Virus record (IMG/VR): IMGVR_UViG_3300005096_000005 | Location: 1 to 64,000 of that record | Source: a virus | Reading direction: 5' to 3' (one strand) | Length of the DNA stretch: 64,000 nt | Shown here: piece after piece, positions 34,746 to 45,416 of the stretch | How the letters are laid out: every line of letters starts with the position of its first letter | How positions within the stretch are numbered: the first letter of the stretch is position 1 | Notes under the pieces: generated by a model | The model's database searches: none | What the model saw: only the letters and a program-made list of their open reading frames with translations | Told to the model about the DNA's origin: nothing | Made by a program: the position numbers and the translations under genes

Positions 34746-37700
34746 CCACAGCGTTTACTCTGCAAACGATGCTCTCTGTACGCCTGGAGAGCTGGTAAAG
34801 AAAGCAGTAGAGCTCAAGATGCCGGCAGTTGCACTAACTGAGCACGGTACCATGTTCAGTATCCCTGAACTGGTAAATGAATGCAAAAAGGTCAATAAAG
34901 CTGCTCAAGAAGCAGGTAGCCCACCAGTCATCAGACCTATCATTGGTCTGGAAGCATACCTGACAACGTCTCCGATCCTTCGTATAATGGGAAAAGAGAA
35001 GCCAAACGTCAAACAGGATAGTGGCCATATAACGCTCCTCGCTATGAATGAGGAAGGGTACGCCAATCTGGTCCGTCTGGCAACCCTTGGGTTTAAAGAC
35101 AATGTATACAATACCCGTCCCAGAATAGATATATACGACCTTGCACGGCACAGTGAAGGTGTGCTGTGCATGACGGGGTGTATGTACAGCTGGCTGAACA
35201 TCTGGATCACAAGGCACTTCTGGATGCTCAGAGATACTATGGACATGACCCAGCCCGAGTGGCAACTTATCGATCAGTTCAGTCCATTCTACAACATGGA
35301 CGCTGATGTATGGGAAGATCGGTTCGGCAATAAGTATACCGACCAATACCTGCAGACAGTGCTTCGTAACTTCAGAGTCTTGAAAGCAATATTCGGGGAC
35401 AATCTGTACATAGAACTGCAGTATCATGGATTCTTCGCTCAGCGTCTGCAGTCACAGTTCTGGCTTGAGAGTTTCCCGACAGAGAAGTTCGTGGCCACTA
35501 ATGATGTTCACTATATCGAACAGCGAGACTGGGATGCCTGGGACTTCCTTACGAGGATCCGGTGGAGAGGTCTGGATAGAACATATTACAACGAGCCGAT
35601 GGGAAGCAACACCACCGACTCTATTAAAGGGAACGCCTACTTCAAAACCAGAGAAGAGATGGCTGCCGGAGGGTTCGGCAATGAAGCATTAGACATGACA
35701 TACGAGATCATGGACAAATGCCAGTTCGACCTCAAACAGGACAGAAGTCTGTTTCCGTCAGTTGATATGAAAACAAAGGCAGAAATGGACACGGCCGGTG
35801 GCGCTATCGAGTATCTGCGCAGTCTTTGCAAGCAATCTCCAAACTATAAACCGGAGTACGACAAACGAATTGAGTTTGAGCTGGATGTTATCGGAGAGAT
35901 GGGCTATCCAGAATACTTCGTCATTGTCCGTAATCTGGTAAGTTTCGCAGTATCTATTGGCGCCACTCCCGGGCCAGGACGTGGAAGTGTGGGTGGCAGC
36001 ATTGTCGCATATCTGCTTGGAATCCACAATGCCAATCCAATAGAAGCAGGTCTGAAGTTCTTCAGATTCCTGAACAAAGAAAGAATCTCGATGCCAGATA
36101 TTGACCTGGACTTTCCGAAGGAGAAGCGTCAGGCGATCATCCAATATCTTATTGATACATATGGCACAGACCGCGTGTGCAATATTGGGACCGCCAGCAG
36201 AAACCAGGCCAAGGGCTGTATACAGGACTTCGGCCGTATTGCCGGAATCGACAAGCCTCGTATCGATGCGTTCAATGCGACTCTTGATGATGGGATGACA
36301 TTTGCCATTATGAAGGATGAGGGCGACAAAAAGATATCCCAGCTCAAAAGTCTGCTCGAGGAGAGTACAGATCTTCCTGAAAGCTATACTGCAGACGACA
36401 GACTTCGTCTCCTGGAAACAGCAGAAGGATCTATCAGGAGTTACGGAAAGCATGCCAGTGGCATTGTGGTATGCAGTCGACCATTAGATGGAGTCCTTCC
36501 ACTGTTCAGAAACAAGCTTGATGATCCACTTTGCACTCAGTATGACATGAATGCACTGGACGATCTTGGCTTCTGCAAGATTGATGTCCTGGGACTGAAA
36601 CAGATGGATGTCCTGAATGAATGTTTCCAACGGCTTGGTATCGATAGGAACCAGGTCGATATGAATGATCAGGACGCCCTTGATCTTATCAACGAAGCAA
36701 ACACGATCGGACTGTTCCAGCTTGGTACCCCCAGCTTTATCAAGATCATCAAGGCAGGTTTCCGCTGTCACAATATAATGGACATAACTGCTCTGAATGC
36801 TCTCAACCGGCCAGGCCCCAAAGACTACAAGGATGAACGGGGCATGACAATGATAGATCATTATGTCCAGAGGCAAACAGGAAACGAAGATGTAGAGTTC
36901 CTTCATCCAGCACTCAGGCCAATTCTTGGCGACACGTTCGGAGTTATGATATATCAAGAACAGATTATGATGATAGCCCGACAGATTGCCGGTTACAGGA
37001 TCGGAGAAGCGGATGATCTCAGAAAGTTCTGTGGCAAGAAACTTACGGAGAACATGACGCCAGAGCAGAAAGAAGAAGTCACAGCCCCAAAGAGAAACAA
37101 GTTTGTTCAGGGGTGTATGAGTAACGCGATTCCTCAGCAGGTAGCTGAGACCTTATGGAAACAGATCGAAACTTTCGGTAGATATGGGTTCAACAAGAGC
37201 CATAGTTACTTCTATGCAATGCTGGCAATGTGGGGAGCATGGCTCAAGGCTCATTACCCTACAACATTCCTTGGAGCCTGCCTCAAGTACGAGGACAAAG
37301 AAGAGAACCGGATCAAGCTTATCGATGATATCCGGAAACATTCAAGGGGTCTGGAACTTGCCAATCCCCACATCAATATCTCGAGCACTTATGTGGAATG
37401 GGATGAGGACGCCAAGCGGATATACCTCGGCCTGTCTGATGTTAAACAGGTGGCAACAGGAGTCGCGGAAGCTCTCGTGTCTGAACGTATGCTGAACGGT
37501 CCATTCGTCAGCTTACCGGAAATGGTGTCCCGCTTGAATACCTACTGTACTGAACGGGGAGAACACATGCCGGATAAGGGAAGCATGGCCAGACTGGCAC
37601 TGGTAGGCGCGTTCAACGACCTGGTGCCCGGACCTGAAGAAGGTCGCAGTGAGTATGCCTGCAGCCTATTGACAAGTGAACGGCTCCCAGAGAAGTTCCA

Positions 37701-38364
37701 GCTTGATGTATCTAAGCGTTCAACCAGAAAGACAAAGAAGCCGACAGTATACATAGAGAACTTCGTCGATAGACACGAAAGCGCATGGGTCAGGCTTATG
37801 GATCTCGGCATAAACATCAATAGGGAGGGTCTGCTGGCTGCAGTCCGCGCCAACAAGAACAGAAAAGCACAGGCTGATCTGTTCGAGATAGCAAAGACAT
37901 GGGATCCAGTAGCGGTTCTTGACGATCCGGATGGACAGGCTCTCTTCGCATCGACAGAACAACAGCTTTTTGGCTATGATCCTACAAGAAGGTCAGTGGA
38001 GAACTTCGACGTCCCAGCCAAGTGGCGGCAGATCTCTATGCCTATTGAGCAGGCAGTCCTGGAGGTAGTATCAGGATGGAGCAGGAAAGATTGTATAGTG
38101 ACGATTGGGATTGTTGGTCATAAGATTGACATGAGAGAAACCAGCCGCGGCACGCCGATGCTTGAGTTCTATCTCGAGAACTCAGTAGCCGAGACCAGAT
38201 GTGCGTTCTACGGAGACACAGAAAAGCGTGCCAGACTTGCAAAGATCATCGCTCCAGGCGAGATCGTGGCTGTTAAAGGATGGCCGCGCCCAACTTACTT
38301 TGCTATAGAGTCCATTAAGAAAGCGATAAACATATCGCGAAAAGTCAAAGCTATGGAGGCATAA
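34720..38364 (+). CDS. dnaE: DNA polymerase III alpha subunit
   Basis: HLHNHSVYS PHP; GPGRGSVGGS; MPDIDLDF; KHASG; KIDVLGL; YQEQIM; YGFNKSH. Confidence 0.96.
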   Translation: MTPIIHLHNHSVYSANDALCTPGELVKKAVELKMPAVALTEHGTMFSIPELVNECKKVNKAAQEAGSPPVIRPIIGLEAYLTTSPILRIMGKEKPNVKQDSGHITLLAMNEEGYANLVRLATLGFKDNVYNTRPRIDIYDLARHSEGVLCMTGCMYSWLNIWITRHFWMLRDTMDMTQPEWQLIDQFSPFYNMDADVWEDRFGNKYTDQYLQTVLRNFRVLKAIFGDNLYIELQYHGFFAQRLQSQFWLESFPTEKFVATNDVHYIEQRDWDAWDFLTRIRWRGLDRTYYNEPMGSNTTDSIKGNAYFKTREEMAAGGFGNEALDMTYEIMDKCQFDLKQDRSLFPSVDMKTKAEMDTAGGAIEYLRSLCKQSPNYKPEYDKRIEFELDVIGEMGYPEYFVIVRNLVSFAVSIGATPGPGRGSVGGSIVAYLLGIHNANPIEAGLKFFRFLNKERISMPDIDLDFPKEKRQAIIQYLIDTYGTDRVCNIGTASRNQAKGCIQDFGRIAGIDKPRIDAFNATLDDGMTFAIMKDEGDKKISQLKSLLEESTDLPESYTADDRLRLLETAEGSIRSYGKHASGIVVCSRPLDGVLPLFRNKLDDPLCTQYDMNALDDLGFCKIDVLGLKQMDVLNECFQRLGIDRNQVDMNDQDALDLINEANTIGLFQLGTPSFIKIIKAGFRCHNIMDITALNALNRPGPKDYKDERGMTMIDHYVQRQTGNEDVEFLHPALRPILGDTFGVMIYQEQIMMIARQIAGYRIGEADDLRKFCGKKLTENMTPEQKEEVTAPKRNKFVQGCMSNAIPQQVAETLWKQIETFGRYGFNKSHSYFYAMLAMWGAWLKAHYPTTFLGACLKYEDKEENRIKLIDDIRKHSRGLELANPHINISSTYVEWDEDAKRIYLGLSDVKQVATGVAEALVSERMLNGPFVSLPEMVSRLNTYCTERGEHMPDKGSMARLALVGAFNDLVPGPEEGRSEYACSLLTSERLPEKFQLDVSKRSTRKTKKPTVYIENFVDRHESAWVRLMDLGININREGLLAAVRANKNRKAQADLFEIAKTWDPVAVLDDPDGQALFASTEQQLFGYDPTRRSVENFDVPAKWRQISMPIEQAVLEVVSGWSRKDCIVTIGIVGHKIDMRETSRGTPMLEFYLENSVAETRCAFYGDTEKRARLAKIIAPGEIVAVKGWPRPTYFAIESIKKAINISRKVKAMEA

Positions 38365-38365
38365 T

Positions 38366-38722
38366 ATGATTGATGTCAGATCGATCAACAAAGCACTACA
38401 GGGTACATCAAACCCTGAAGAAGTACTCGCTCTAACCAGGAAGACGATCCTGTTAGTGGGTCGCTCATTCCACCCAACAGACCCCGTTAACCCGATAGAG
38501 CGTGCTGTGTATAACACAGTAGCGAAAGACAGGTTCGACGACCTTATCAAGGAGCTGGAAGCTTGTGAAGCGCTCTGTGAGATCTTCAAGGCCAACCCGG
38601 ACAGGACGTCAATCGAAACTGTCGGCGACGAGTATGAATTCCTTCCCAAAGAAACGATCTCAAAGCTCGTACAGTTGGTAGCTGACACTGTCAAAGGGAT
38701 CCGTGCAGCATATCGGATCTGA
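38366..38722 (+). CDS. Hypothetical protein
   Basis: GGAGG SD; ORF track. Confidence 0.55.
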   Translation: MIDVRSINKALQGTSNPEEVLALTRKTILLVGRSFHPTDPVNPIERAVYNTVAKDRFDDLIKELEACEALCEIFKANPDRTSIETVGDEYEFLPKETISKLVQLVADTVKGIRAAYRI

Positions 38723-38730
38723 GGTGACCT

Positions 38731-39243
38731 ATGGCAAAAACACCACTCGTTTTATGTGAAGGAGCGTCTCCCGCACAGGCCCTAAAGCGTGAAGAGGAAT
38801 GGTACAGAGACATTGTAAAACCTCTTGCGGATCGATGGGAGCCCAAGATGTGCGCCATCAAGGTACCAGAAAAGCCGACACAGGCAGACCGGCAAAGAGC
38901 AGCATTCCAAATGGACCTTGTGTATGGAGACGTTGTTATTGAACTCCGGAAGGCCAAAGCAGTTATAGGCAAACTGGAAGAAGGCATCAAGTACAGAAAG
39001 GCTTATCACAAGAGGAGTGCTCGTGGTAAGACTGCAACGGAAAAGGATGGCGAAGCTATGCTGGAAGTAGCAAAGGAGGAACTTCCAGATGCGTTATTCG
39101 CAGCACAGGCAAAGTACAACTACGTCAGAGGCGTGGAAAACAGACTGTTATGGAAAAGGGACATGCTCAGGCTGGGTGACGAAAGACTTTCATTCGGTCG
39201 TCGGACTCCTTCTCCTGCTACTCCTGACCACTTTCGCAAGTAA
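38731..39243 (+). CDS. Coiled-coil protein, possibly UvsY-like recombination mediator
   Basis: GAGGTG SD; helical with KTATEKD motif; replication context. Confidence 0.4.
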   Translation: MAKTPLVLCEGASPAQALKREEEWYRDIVKPLADRWEPKMCAIKVPEKPTQADRQRAAFQMDLVYGDVVIELRKAKAVIGKLEEGIKYRKAYHKRSARGKTATEKDGEAMLEVAKEELPDALFAAQAKYNYVRGVENRLLWKRDMLRLGDERLSFGRRTPSPATPDHFRK

Positions 39244-40831
39244 TTGTGGTGGAGGAGGTAGCTCTAACGCGATTGCCTCGCAAGTACAGCAAGAAGAACA
39301 GACGGCAATCACAGCAGCACCCGCAGGGAGGATAGCACATGACACCGTCGCCGGATACGATTATGCCGAAGGACAGTATATGGTCAAAGCCAAAGAAGCC
39401 GACCTGGCAGGATTGTCCATTATTGGACGAAACACAGTCCTCGGCATGTTTCAAGTTCAAGCCGATAATGCCAGTGTGTTCTCCAACAGAAACGTCGAGT
39501 TCGCAGAGCCGAACATCATACGGCAGCGAGTCACAAATTATAGCGAGCCCTTCGAAGGAACTGAGGCGCGCCTATACATCGATACTCCGGTACTATCCCG
39601 GATTGCTATCATCGATACTGCTGTCAAAAGCACGCCGGACACAGCAGACATCAAGTCGGTTTCGTTCATTGGAATCCCGGATACAGAAGAGCATGGAACA
39701 CATGTCGCCGGAATTATCACAGCAGACTCCAACGACTACGGCATCACGGGGTCGGTTCCAAACGTTCGAGCGATCAATCTTGTGGTATGTAACACATACG
39801 GGTGTCCTATATCCGCGGTCAGCGCGGCAATCACTTATGCCGCTCACAATGGATTCGATGTCGTTAATCTTAGCCTGGGAGGGTGGGGAAGTACTCAGTC
39901 CGAACGAGCTGCTATTGACTACGCTACCGCCCATGGAGTTCTCATCGTGGCTGCAGCAGGGAACGACGGAGCAAACGCTTCAGGGTTCTATCCATGCGCT
40001 TACACCGAAGTCGTCTGTGTTGGTGCCGTTGATTATCTCGGTCAACGAGCTAGTTTCTCTAACTACGGACCTGCCGTTGATCTTTACGCTCCCGGGGTTA
40101 ACATCGTATCTCTTGGAACCGAAACGTCAACAGTCGCAATGTCCGGAACCTCAATGGCAGCCCCATTCGTCACTGCAGCAGCAGCTCTCTGCAGAGATCG
40201 TGAGGAAACACTTGACAATGCCAGGACAAGATTGCTATCATCATACAGCTCAGCCTCGGGGCTCAGGGTCATTGACTTTAGCAAAATCGATGGAATCTCA
40301 GAAGCAGATCCACCGGACACAATAATATCGAGCGCGTATGGTGAATCATCATACGTCTATATCGGAGAGTCAATTGGGATTTGGATTAACTACAGGGCGA
40401 CACCGGATACGGCATCTATCGAGATCCCATGTGGAAGCGTCTCAGTTAGTGTCTGGCCAAACAGATTTATATGGGATACCACAGGATGTACAGCAGGAAT
40501 CGCAAGCCTCACGGCGGTTGCGTCCTCAAGTAGTACAACCCACCGTTACCCATTCACCGTTGAAGTCAGAAACAAGGAAGGCATGCCAGACCCACCGTCC
40601 GAAGTAACATTCACTGTTCATGGAACTGTCGCAAGAGACGGTTTGCTGGCAGCAGGAGTTCACATACAGGTAATCGTAAACAGCTCAGTCCTATATACAG
40701 CTACCAGTTTGTCTGATGGCTCGTTTAGTGTCAGTGTCTCTAACTTTCCAATAGGAACGCCCATCCTGGTTGGCGCTGTAAGTAGTGATGGAGAAGGATA
40801 TACCACGAGTTTTGAGGTTGAAGATGAGTAA
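39176..40831 (+). CDS. Subtilisin-like (S8) serine protease, probable lipoprotein
   Basis: Signal LLLLLLLTTFASNC-GGGG; IIDTAV, HGTHVAG, AAGND, SGTSMA; Ig-like C-terminus; GTG start inferred. Confidence 0.85.
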   Translation: MTKDFHSVVGLLLLLLLTTFASNCGGGGSSNAIASQVQQEEQTAITAAPAGRIAHDTVAGYDYAEGQYMVKAKEADLAGLSIIGRNTVLGMFQVQADNASVFSNRNVEFAEPNIIRQRVTNYSEPFEGTEARLYIDTPVLSRIAIIDTAVKSTPDTADIKSVSFIGIPDTEEHGTHVAGIITADSNDYGITGSVPNVRAINLVVCNTYGCPISAVSAAITYAAHNGFDVVNLSLGGWGSTQSERAAIDYATAHGVLIVAAAGNDGANASGFYPCAYTEVVCVGAVDYLGQRASFSNYGPAVDLYAPGVNIVSLGTETSTVAMSGTSMAAPFVTAAAALCRDREETLDNARTRLLSSYSSASGLRVIDFSKIDGISEADPPDTIISSAYGESSYVYIGESIGIWINYRATPDTASIEIPCGSVSVSVWPNRFIWDTTGCTAGIASLTAVASSSSTTHRYPFTVEVRNKEGMPDPPSEVTFTVHGTVARDGLLAAGVHIQVIVNSSVLYTATSLSDGSFSVSVSNFPIGTPILVGAVSSDGEGYTTSFEVEDE

Positions 40832-41288
40832 AAAGGATCTGGGACTTGAGCATCTGGTAGAAAGCGATATAGAAGGCCGATATCAGCCTGGCAGTGGATG
40901 TTTATGGTTCGCAAAAGGAGACGTCAGGAACGACACATTCCTTGTTGAGTGCAAAGCATCAAATAGTGGAGTTATCCGGGTTAAGATTGACTGGATACAT
41001 ACAATCAGAAGATACGCGAAGAGGGAGAACAGGGATTGGGTATTAGCGATCGCGCCAACCCGTACGTATACTGATAGATACTGTGTGGTAGTAGAAGAGA
41101 ATGCTATGGATGACACACAGCCATTACCAGTATCCTGGAGAGATAGCAATACGAAAAGCTTCACGGTAACCAGTCAAACGATGCCGGAATTACATACACC
41201 AGAGAAAGTCCGTGACCTGGTACCAACACTGATTGTCATGGACAGAGAGGACTTTATCGTGTGGAACAATGTACGAACAAAGAGTTAA
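40824..41288 (+). CDS. PD-(D/E)xK nuclease, Hjc-like resolvase
   Basis: QPGSG...KGDV...LVECK. Confidence 0.65.
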   Translation: MSKKDLGLEHLVESDIEGRYQPGSGCLWFAKGDVRNDTFLVECKASNSGVIRVKIDWIHTIRRYAKRENRDWVLAIAPTRTYTDRYCVVVEENAMDDTQPLPVSWRDSNTKSFTVTSQTMPELHTPEKVRDLVPTLIVMDREDFIVWNNVRTKS

Positions 41289-41631
41289 GCATTAAGGCTC
41301 AGAGAGTTGCTGTAGTCATTGAAAAAGCTATAGCAGAGCTGGAAGTTGTTGATGCGGCATGGAAGGAGTTCCAGAGAAGAACACGCGGACTGGCAGTTAT
41401 GCAGCCGGAGCTACTTGGACAGCCAGTTAATGTGTTGACAAATACAATGGACCGCTTCTATTCGCTCATATCAGGACAGAGTACTCACCCGGAAGTGAAA
41501 GTCCTGAACGTGACAGGAGAATCCTCACCGCAGTCAGCAGCTCAGATCGTAGTGGCGCAGAAGCGAAGGGGCGAGATTATCAGCACGCTTATGGACACAT
41601 ACATAGACAGTATGATATAAAAGGAGGACAC

Positions 41632-42657
41632 ATGGACCTGAAAAGTATTAAAACAGCACTGGAAGCCCCGTTTCCAGCCGAAGCAGTGCACTGGAAACCT
41701 CAGGCTACAAATTATCAGAAAGGTACCGGACTTGCCGTCGCCTTCGCAGATCCAAGGTGCTATGAAGACAGACTGAACTATGTCTGTCCGAATGACTGGT
41801 CGATGGAGATCAGCCTGACTCACTATGCGTTTCCGATACAGAAACAAAACAAGAAAGGTGAATGGTACTGGACTATAGTGGGAACTGTAATGGCTACGTG
41901 TAGCCTGACCATTTGCGGTGTTACAAGAACCAGTACCGGCGAATCCCCGGCAGACGACCAGAATGCGGCAACATCCGCAGAAGCTCAAGCCTTCAAGAGA
42001 GCCTGCGTCAAATTCGGACTGGGTCGATACTTCTACAACTTCCCAAAAGTGTGGAAACAAATGGAACAGGGATGTAGAGCATTCACACAGCAGTCACTGA
42101 ATGAGCTTGCAGGAATAGCCCAACAGGCAATTCAGACATGGCAACAGGCTCAGAATAATCAGGTTCCCCCACCTCCGCTCCCGGAACCTGCACCAGTAAC
42201 GACAGAACCGCCAGTTCAGCCACCGGCACAACCACCGGCCCAGCCAGCAGCTCCGCCGGTTCAGCAGCAACCAGCTCAACAACCTCCCGTGCAGGCACCA
42301 GTGCAGCCGCCCGCACAGACACCGGCACAGGCGCCACCACAACAGCCACCAGTTACAACAGCAGGACCACACATCCCAGCTCAAGAAGGTCCGTGGCAGC
42401 GACCGGAGCACATGCACTTGACCGAAGAGCAAAAGGGAAACATGAAAGCCTTAAAAGCCCGCATGGGATGTAGCGACAACTCCGAGCTGGACTACTACGT
42501 CAAACAGTGGATGCCGGACGCCGAGCTTAAACTCAAAGAGCTTGGAGCACCACTCGGAACGCCACTGTTTAAGGCAATTATGCGCGATAATGTAGAAGCG
42601 TTCATTGCCTTCATGGACGACTATCTTAACAACCAGAACAGTGGAGGAGACTTCTAA
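41632..42657 (+). CDS. Rad52/22-family single-strand annealing protein with Pro/Gln linker
   Basis: LEAPFP; YEDRLN; SAEAQAFKRACVKFGLGRYFY. Confidence 0.85.
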   Translation: MDLKSIKTALEAPFPAEAVHWKPQATNYQKGTGLAVAFADPRCYEDRLNYVCPNDWSMEISLTHYAFPIQKQNKKGEWYWTIVGTVMATCSLTICGVTRTSTGESPADDQNAATSAEAQAFKRACVKFGLGRYFYNFPKVWKQMEQGCRAFTQQSLNELAGIAQQAIQTWQQAQNNQVPPPPLPEPAPVTTEPPVQPPAQPPAQPAAPPVQQQPAQQPPVQAPVQPPAQTPAQAPPQQPPVTTAGPHIPAQEGPWQRPEHMHLTEEQKGNMKALKARMGCSDNSELDYYVKQWMPDAELKLKELGAPLGTPLFKAIMRDNVEAFIAFMDDYLNNQNSGGDF

Positions 42658-43001
42658 TGCCAAGCGTACTTGGGATGACAGTCACTACGACCACAGCCTC
42701 CATATATATGAAGGCAAAGGCGAAGTATGGGGAGACTGCTCTCAAGGAGGCAAAGCGAATAGCGGAATCTGACGCAGTTCCTGAGTTTAGGACGACTACA
42801 GACAAAGTAAAGTACATGTGCAGAATCGCTGCGAATGTTAGGGCAGGGTGCGAGGTTATCAAGGAGGATGCGTTTCATTCAATTAGAGAGATGCAGCGTT
42901 CTACGATACCACGCATGCCTGCCTGGCTTCTTGAGCGCCACATGTCGGTAGATGACACTATTAGAAGGATCGAAGGAGCACTGAATGGCACAGAAAGATA
43001 G
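42657..43001 (+). CDS. Hypothetical protein
   Basis: GGAGG SD; coupled to neighbours. Confidence 0.5.
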   Translation: MPSVLGMTVTTTTASIYMKAKAKYGETALKEAKRIAESDAVPEFRTTTDKVKYMCRIAANVRAGCEVIKEDAFHSIREMQRSTIPRMPAWLLERHMSVDDTIRRIEGALNGTER

Positions 43002-44367
43002 CGAGTGGGGGTTGCTATGCTGTATAGTTAAAGATCCATCTATAGTTGCAGAGTGCGAGATGGCGGGCCTCGCAGAATGTGACTTCTTCTCCCCACTTTA
43101 CAGATACCTGTATGCTCGCATGTTCAAGCTGTATACAGACGGCTCCAAAACCATTGATGAAGTATCTCTCAGAACAAGCTGTGATGCGGGACTGGATGTT
43201 CTTTTGCGTTCCGAACAGGTAGAGAAGAACCGCCTGTTTACAGCCATGTTTACAAACCATGTATCACCGAGTAATGCGTCTGCATTCATTGATGATATTA
43301 TGGAACTGTCAATGCAGGCAGCCATAAATGAAAAGCTGAACGACTTTAACAGGGACAGAAACAACAACCTTATCATCACATCCGAACAGTTGATCACTGG
43401 AATGGAAGACGTCCTGCAGGGCGCGTACCAGCGTTTGACCTCAGAGCGCCCAACTGTAATTGGTGGTGGTTCCAACCTATTCGAACAGGTTCGATCGAGA
43501 GAACCTGCTCAGCTTACCGGACTGGCAACCCCATGGCCTACCCTGAACCATAAGATATCGGGACTTGGACCCGGTACAATTATGCTATGGGTCAGTCCTA
43601 CCGGTACAGGTAAGACAACATCCATGATCAATCTTATGAACAAGATTGCTATTACAGACAAGATACCAGCATTGTTCATAGGCACAGAGATGAATTACGA
43701 AGAGATAATGCTAAGGTCTCTGGCATGTCGCGCCGGTGTTAAAGAGAGAGACCTGCGCCTGAACCAGAATTGGCAAACAAGTGCTAAAACGGTTGAACAG
43801 GTCAGGAAGGCGTGCTATGATATGGATAGCACCGACACGTACCACTATCTGTGTATGCCGGAGTTCTCACTCTCTAAGATCAGAGGCCACGCGATCCGGA
43901 TGCAGATGAGGTATGGTATCAAGCTCCTCATATTCGACTACGTCAGCGAACCCGAGGACGCCGATACCAAGAGCAGGAAGGAGTGGCAAAACCTATCATC
44001 CTTCGTATGGCGAATGAAGGGCCTTGCTATAAAGCTCAATATCCCAATTGTAATTGTTGGTCAGACACCAATCATCACGGCCAGGGACTACATGACGCTC
44101 GACGATATTGCAATGGCAAAGTATATGAGCTTCCACTGCGACAATATCATCGGTGTCATCAACAAGAACTCAAACACACTGGCTTCGGAGAAAGCGTTGA
44201 ACATACAGAACATCGGTAACCAGAAGATGTACATCCTCAAAGCAAGACATGGTGGCGAGGAAGCTGGAAGCTCCGGCCATCGCTATATCAATATGAATTA
44301 TGAACGTCCTATACTCAGAATAACAGAAGGTTTGTTTCCACCAGATCAAAGGCAGGGCAAGAAATGA
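42985..44367 (+). CDS. dnaB: Replicative DNA helicase
   Basis: N-terminal SEWGLL..DFF; PTGTGKT; TEM; IFDY; KARHG. Confidence 0.88.
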   Translation: MAQKDSEWGLLCCIVKDPSIVAECEMAGLAECDFFSPLYRYLYARMFKLYTDGSKTIDEVSLRTSCDAGLDVLLRSEQVEKNRLFTAMFTNHVSPSNASAFIDDIMELSMQAAINEKLNDFNRDRNNNLIITSEQLITGMEDVLQGAYQRLTSERPTVIGGGSNLFEQVRSREPAQLTGLATPWPTLNHKISGLGPGTIMLWVSPTGTGKTTSMINLMNKIAITDKIPALFIGTEMNYEEIMLRSLACRAGVKERDLRLNQNWQTSAKTVEQVRKACYDMDSTDTYHYLCMPEFSLSKIRGHAIRMQMRYGIKLLIFDYVSEPEDADTKSRKEWQNLSSFVWRMKGLAIKLNIPIVIVGQTPIITARDYMTLDDIAMAKYMSFHCDNIIGVINKNSNTLASEKALNIQNIGNQKMYILKARHGGEEAGSSGHRYINMNYERPILRITEGLFPPDQRQGKK

Positions 44368-44374
44368 GGACAAG

Positions 44375-44794
44375 ATGAGATTCACACCAGTGATGGCATT
44401 CGATGAGGTCAACGGAAGATGGAAAACGATAGGCGTATTCGCCGTCAATATCCATGGTATTGCCATCGTCAAGATCAACAAACGGGACCCACTTGTTGTA
44501 TCTACTCCCGCATATAGATCAATTGAAGAGGTCTATAACAAAGAGTTCGAAGAGGGAGAAGTAACATACTACAACAGGCCGCCCGGAGAGAATATGAGCG
44601 AGATTGTACATCTTAGTACGTCTGATGCTCAGTTCCTCGAAAAGTATGGAGAGCAACTAGAACAGCAGCGTAAGTTCCTCAGGCTTGGAGAGATCCGCGC
44701 AATTAAGTCGGAGAATATTACCGAGCACATGGACAGGCTGCTTCAGGAGGTAATACAAGATGGAGCTGGATCCGAGACAGCCACTAGCGGGTGA
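44375..44794 (+). CDS. Hypothetical protein
   Basis: GAGG SD; ORF track. Confidence 0.55.
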   Translation: MRFTPVMAFDEVNGRWKTIGVFAVNIHGIAIVKINKRDPLVVSTPAYRSIEEVYNKEFEEGEVTYYNRPPGENMSEIVHLSTSDAQFLEKYGEQLEQQRKFLRLGEIRAIKSENITEHMDRLLQEVIQDGAGSETATSG

Positions 44795-45416
44795 TATATG
44801 GGACACATCTATTCCGGCAACAGCAGTTCATAGTATCACAGACACAGACCTATTACAAAGAGCTGAAGTTAGAATCAGCAGACATCCAGACTGGAATGGA
44901 TACTTCGTACTCCCATTGTACAAGATGTATCGTATTGAAACACAGGAAGATCGTGAAACGGTCATAAGAATCGAAGGGCCAAACTACCTCACTGAAGAAG
45001 ATACCGGGAACATTATAATTGACCATATAGGCGTCATCGGCGTCCAGTCCCAGGACATGTCGCTCATCCATACGAAGGATGTATTACCACAGCGTCATCT
45101 GTATGGTGCACATCTTTTCGACCCATTCAAAGGATATGCAGTAGTGACTAACAATCCTATGGACGCCATTCTTCTGATGTCCGTAGGAATAGAGAACGTT
45201 CTGGCTGCAATGCAGAAAGAATTATCGCCAGCACAGATATTGTGGTTGTCTAACCATGCCAGGCGTGGTATTATTCTTGTGAATACCGAGGCTCCGGATG
45301 AGATTCTCAAGACAGTACCCCTGTATAGGGAACCGATGCCTCTGGACATAACAAAGAAGGTTCGGCCAAAGCCGGCCGGGTTACAACAAAGAGTCATGGA
45401 GGTGACTAATGGCTGA
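44760..45416 (+). CDS. Degenerate primase/TOPRIM-like protein
   Basis: RHLYG...VVTNNPMDAILLMSVGIENVLA..KELSPAQ matches the DnaG core pattern without the catalytic EG/DxD. Confidence 0.5.
   Translation: MELDPRQPLAGDIWDTSIPATAVHSITDTDLLQRAEVRISRHPDWNGYFVLPLYKMYRIETQEDRETVIRIEGPNYLTEEDTGNIIIDHIGVIGVQSQDMSLIHTKDVLPQRHLYGAHLFDPFKGYAVVTNNPMDAILLMSVGIENVLAAMQKELSPAQILWLSNHARRGIILVNTEAPDEILKTVPLYREPMPLDITKKVRPKPAGLQQRVMEVTNG

Noticed and set aside
39339-40325. 328-aa alternate-frame ORF inside the subtilase
   Set aside because: Ser/Pro/Thr-rich shadow frame with no motifs; the main frame has the full catalytic triad
42160-42365. DNA tandem repeat
   Set aside because: Imperfect codon-level repeats of a Pro/Gln/Ala linker in the Rad52-like protein
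30417-44367. Inteins in NrdJ, DnaE or DnaB
   Set aside because: Lengths are near normal and no C/S...HN-C/S/T splice motifs or LAGLIDADG blocks were seen
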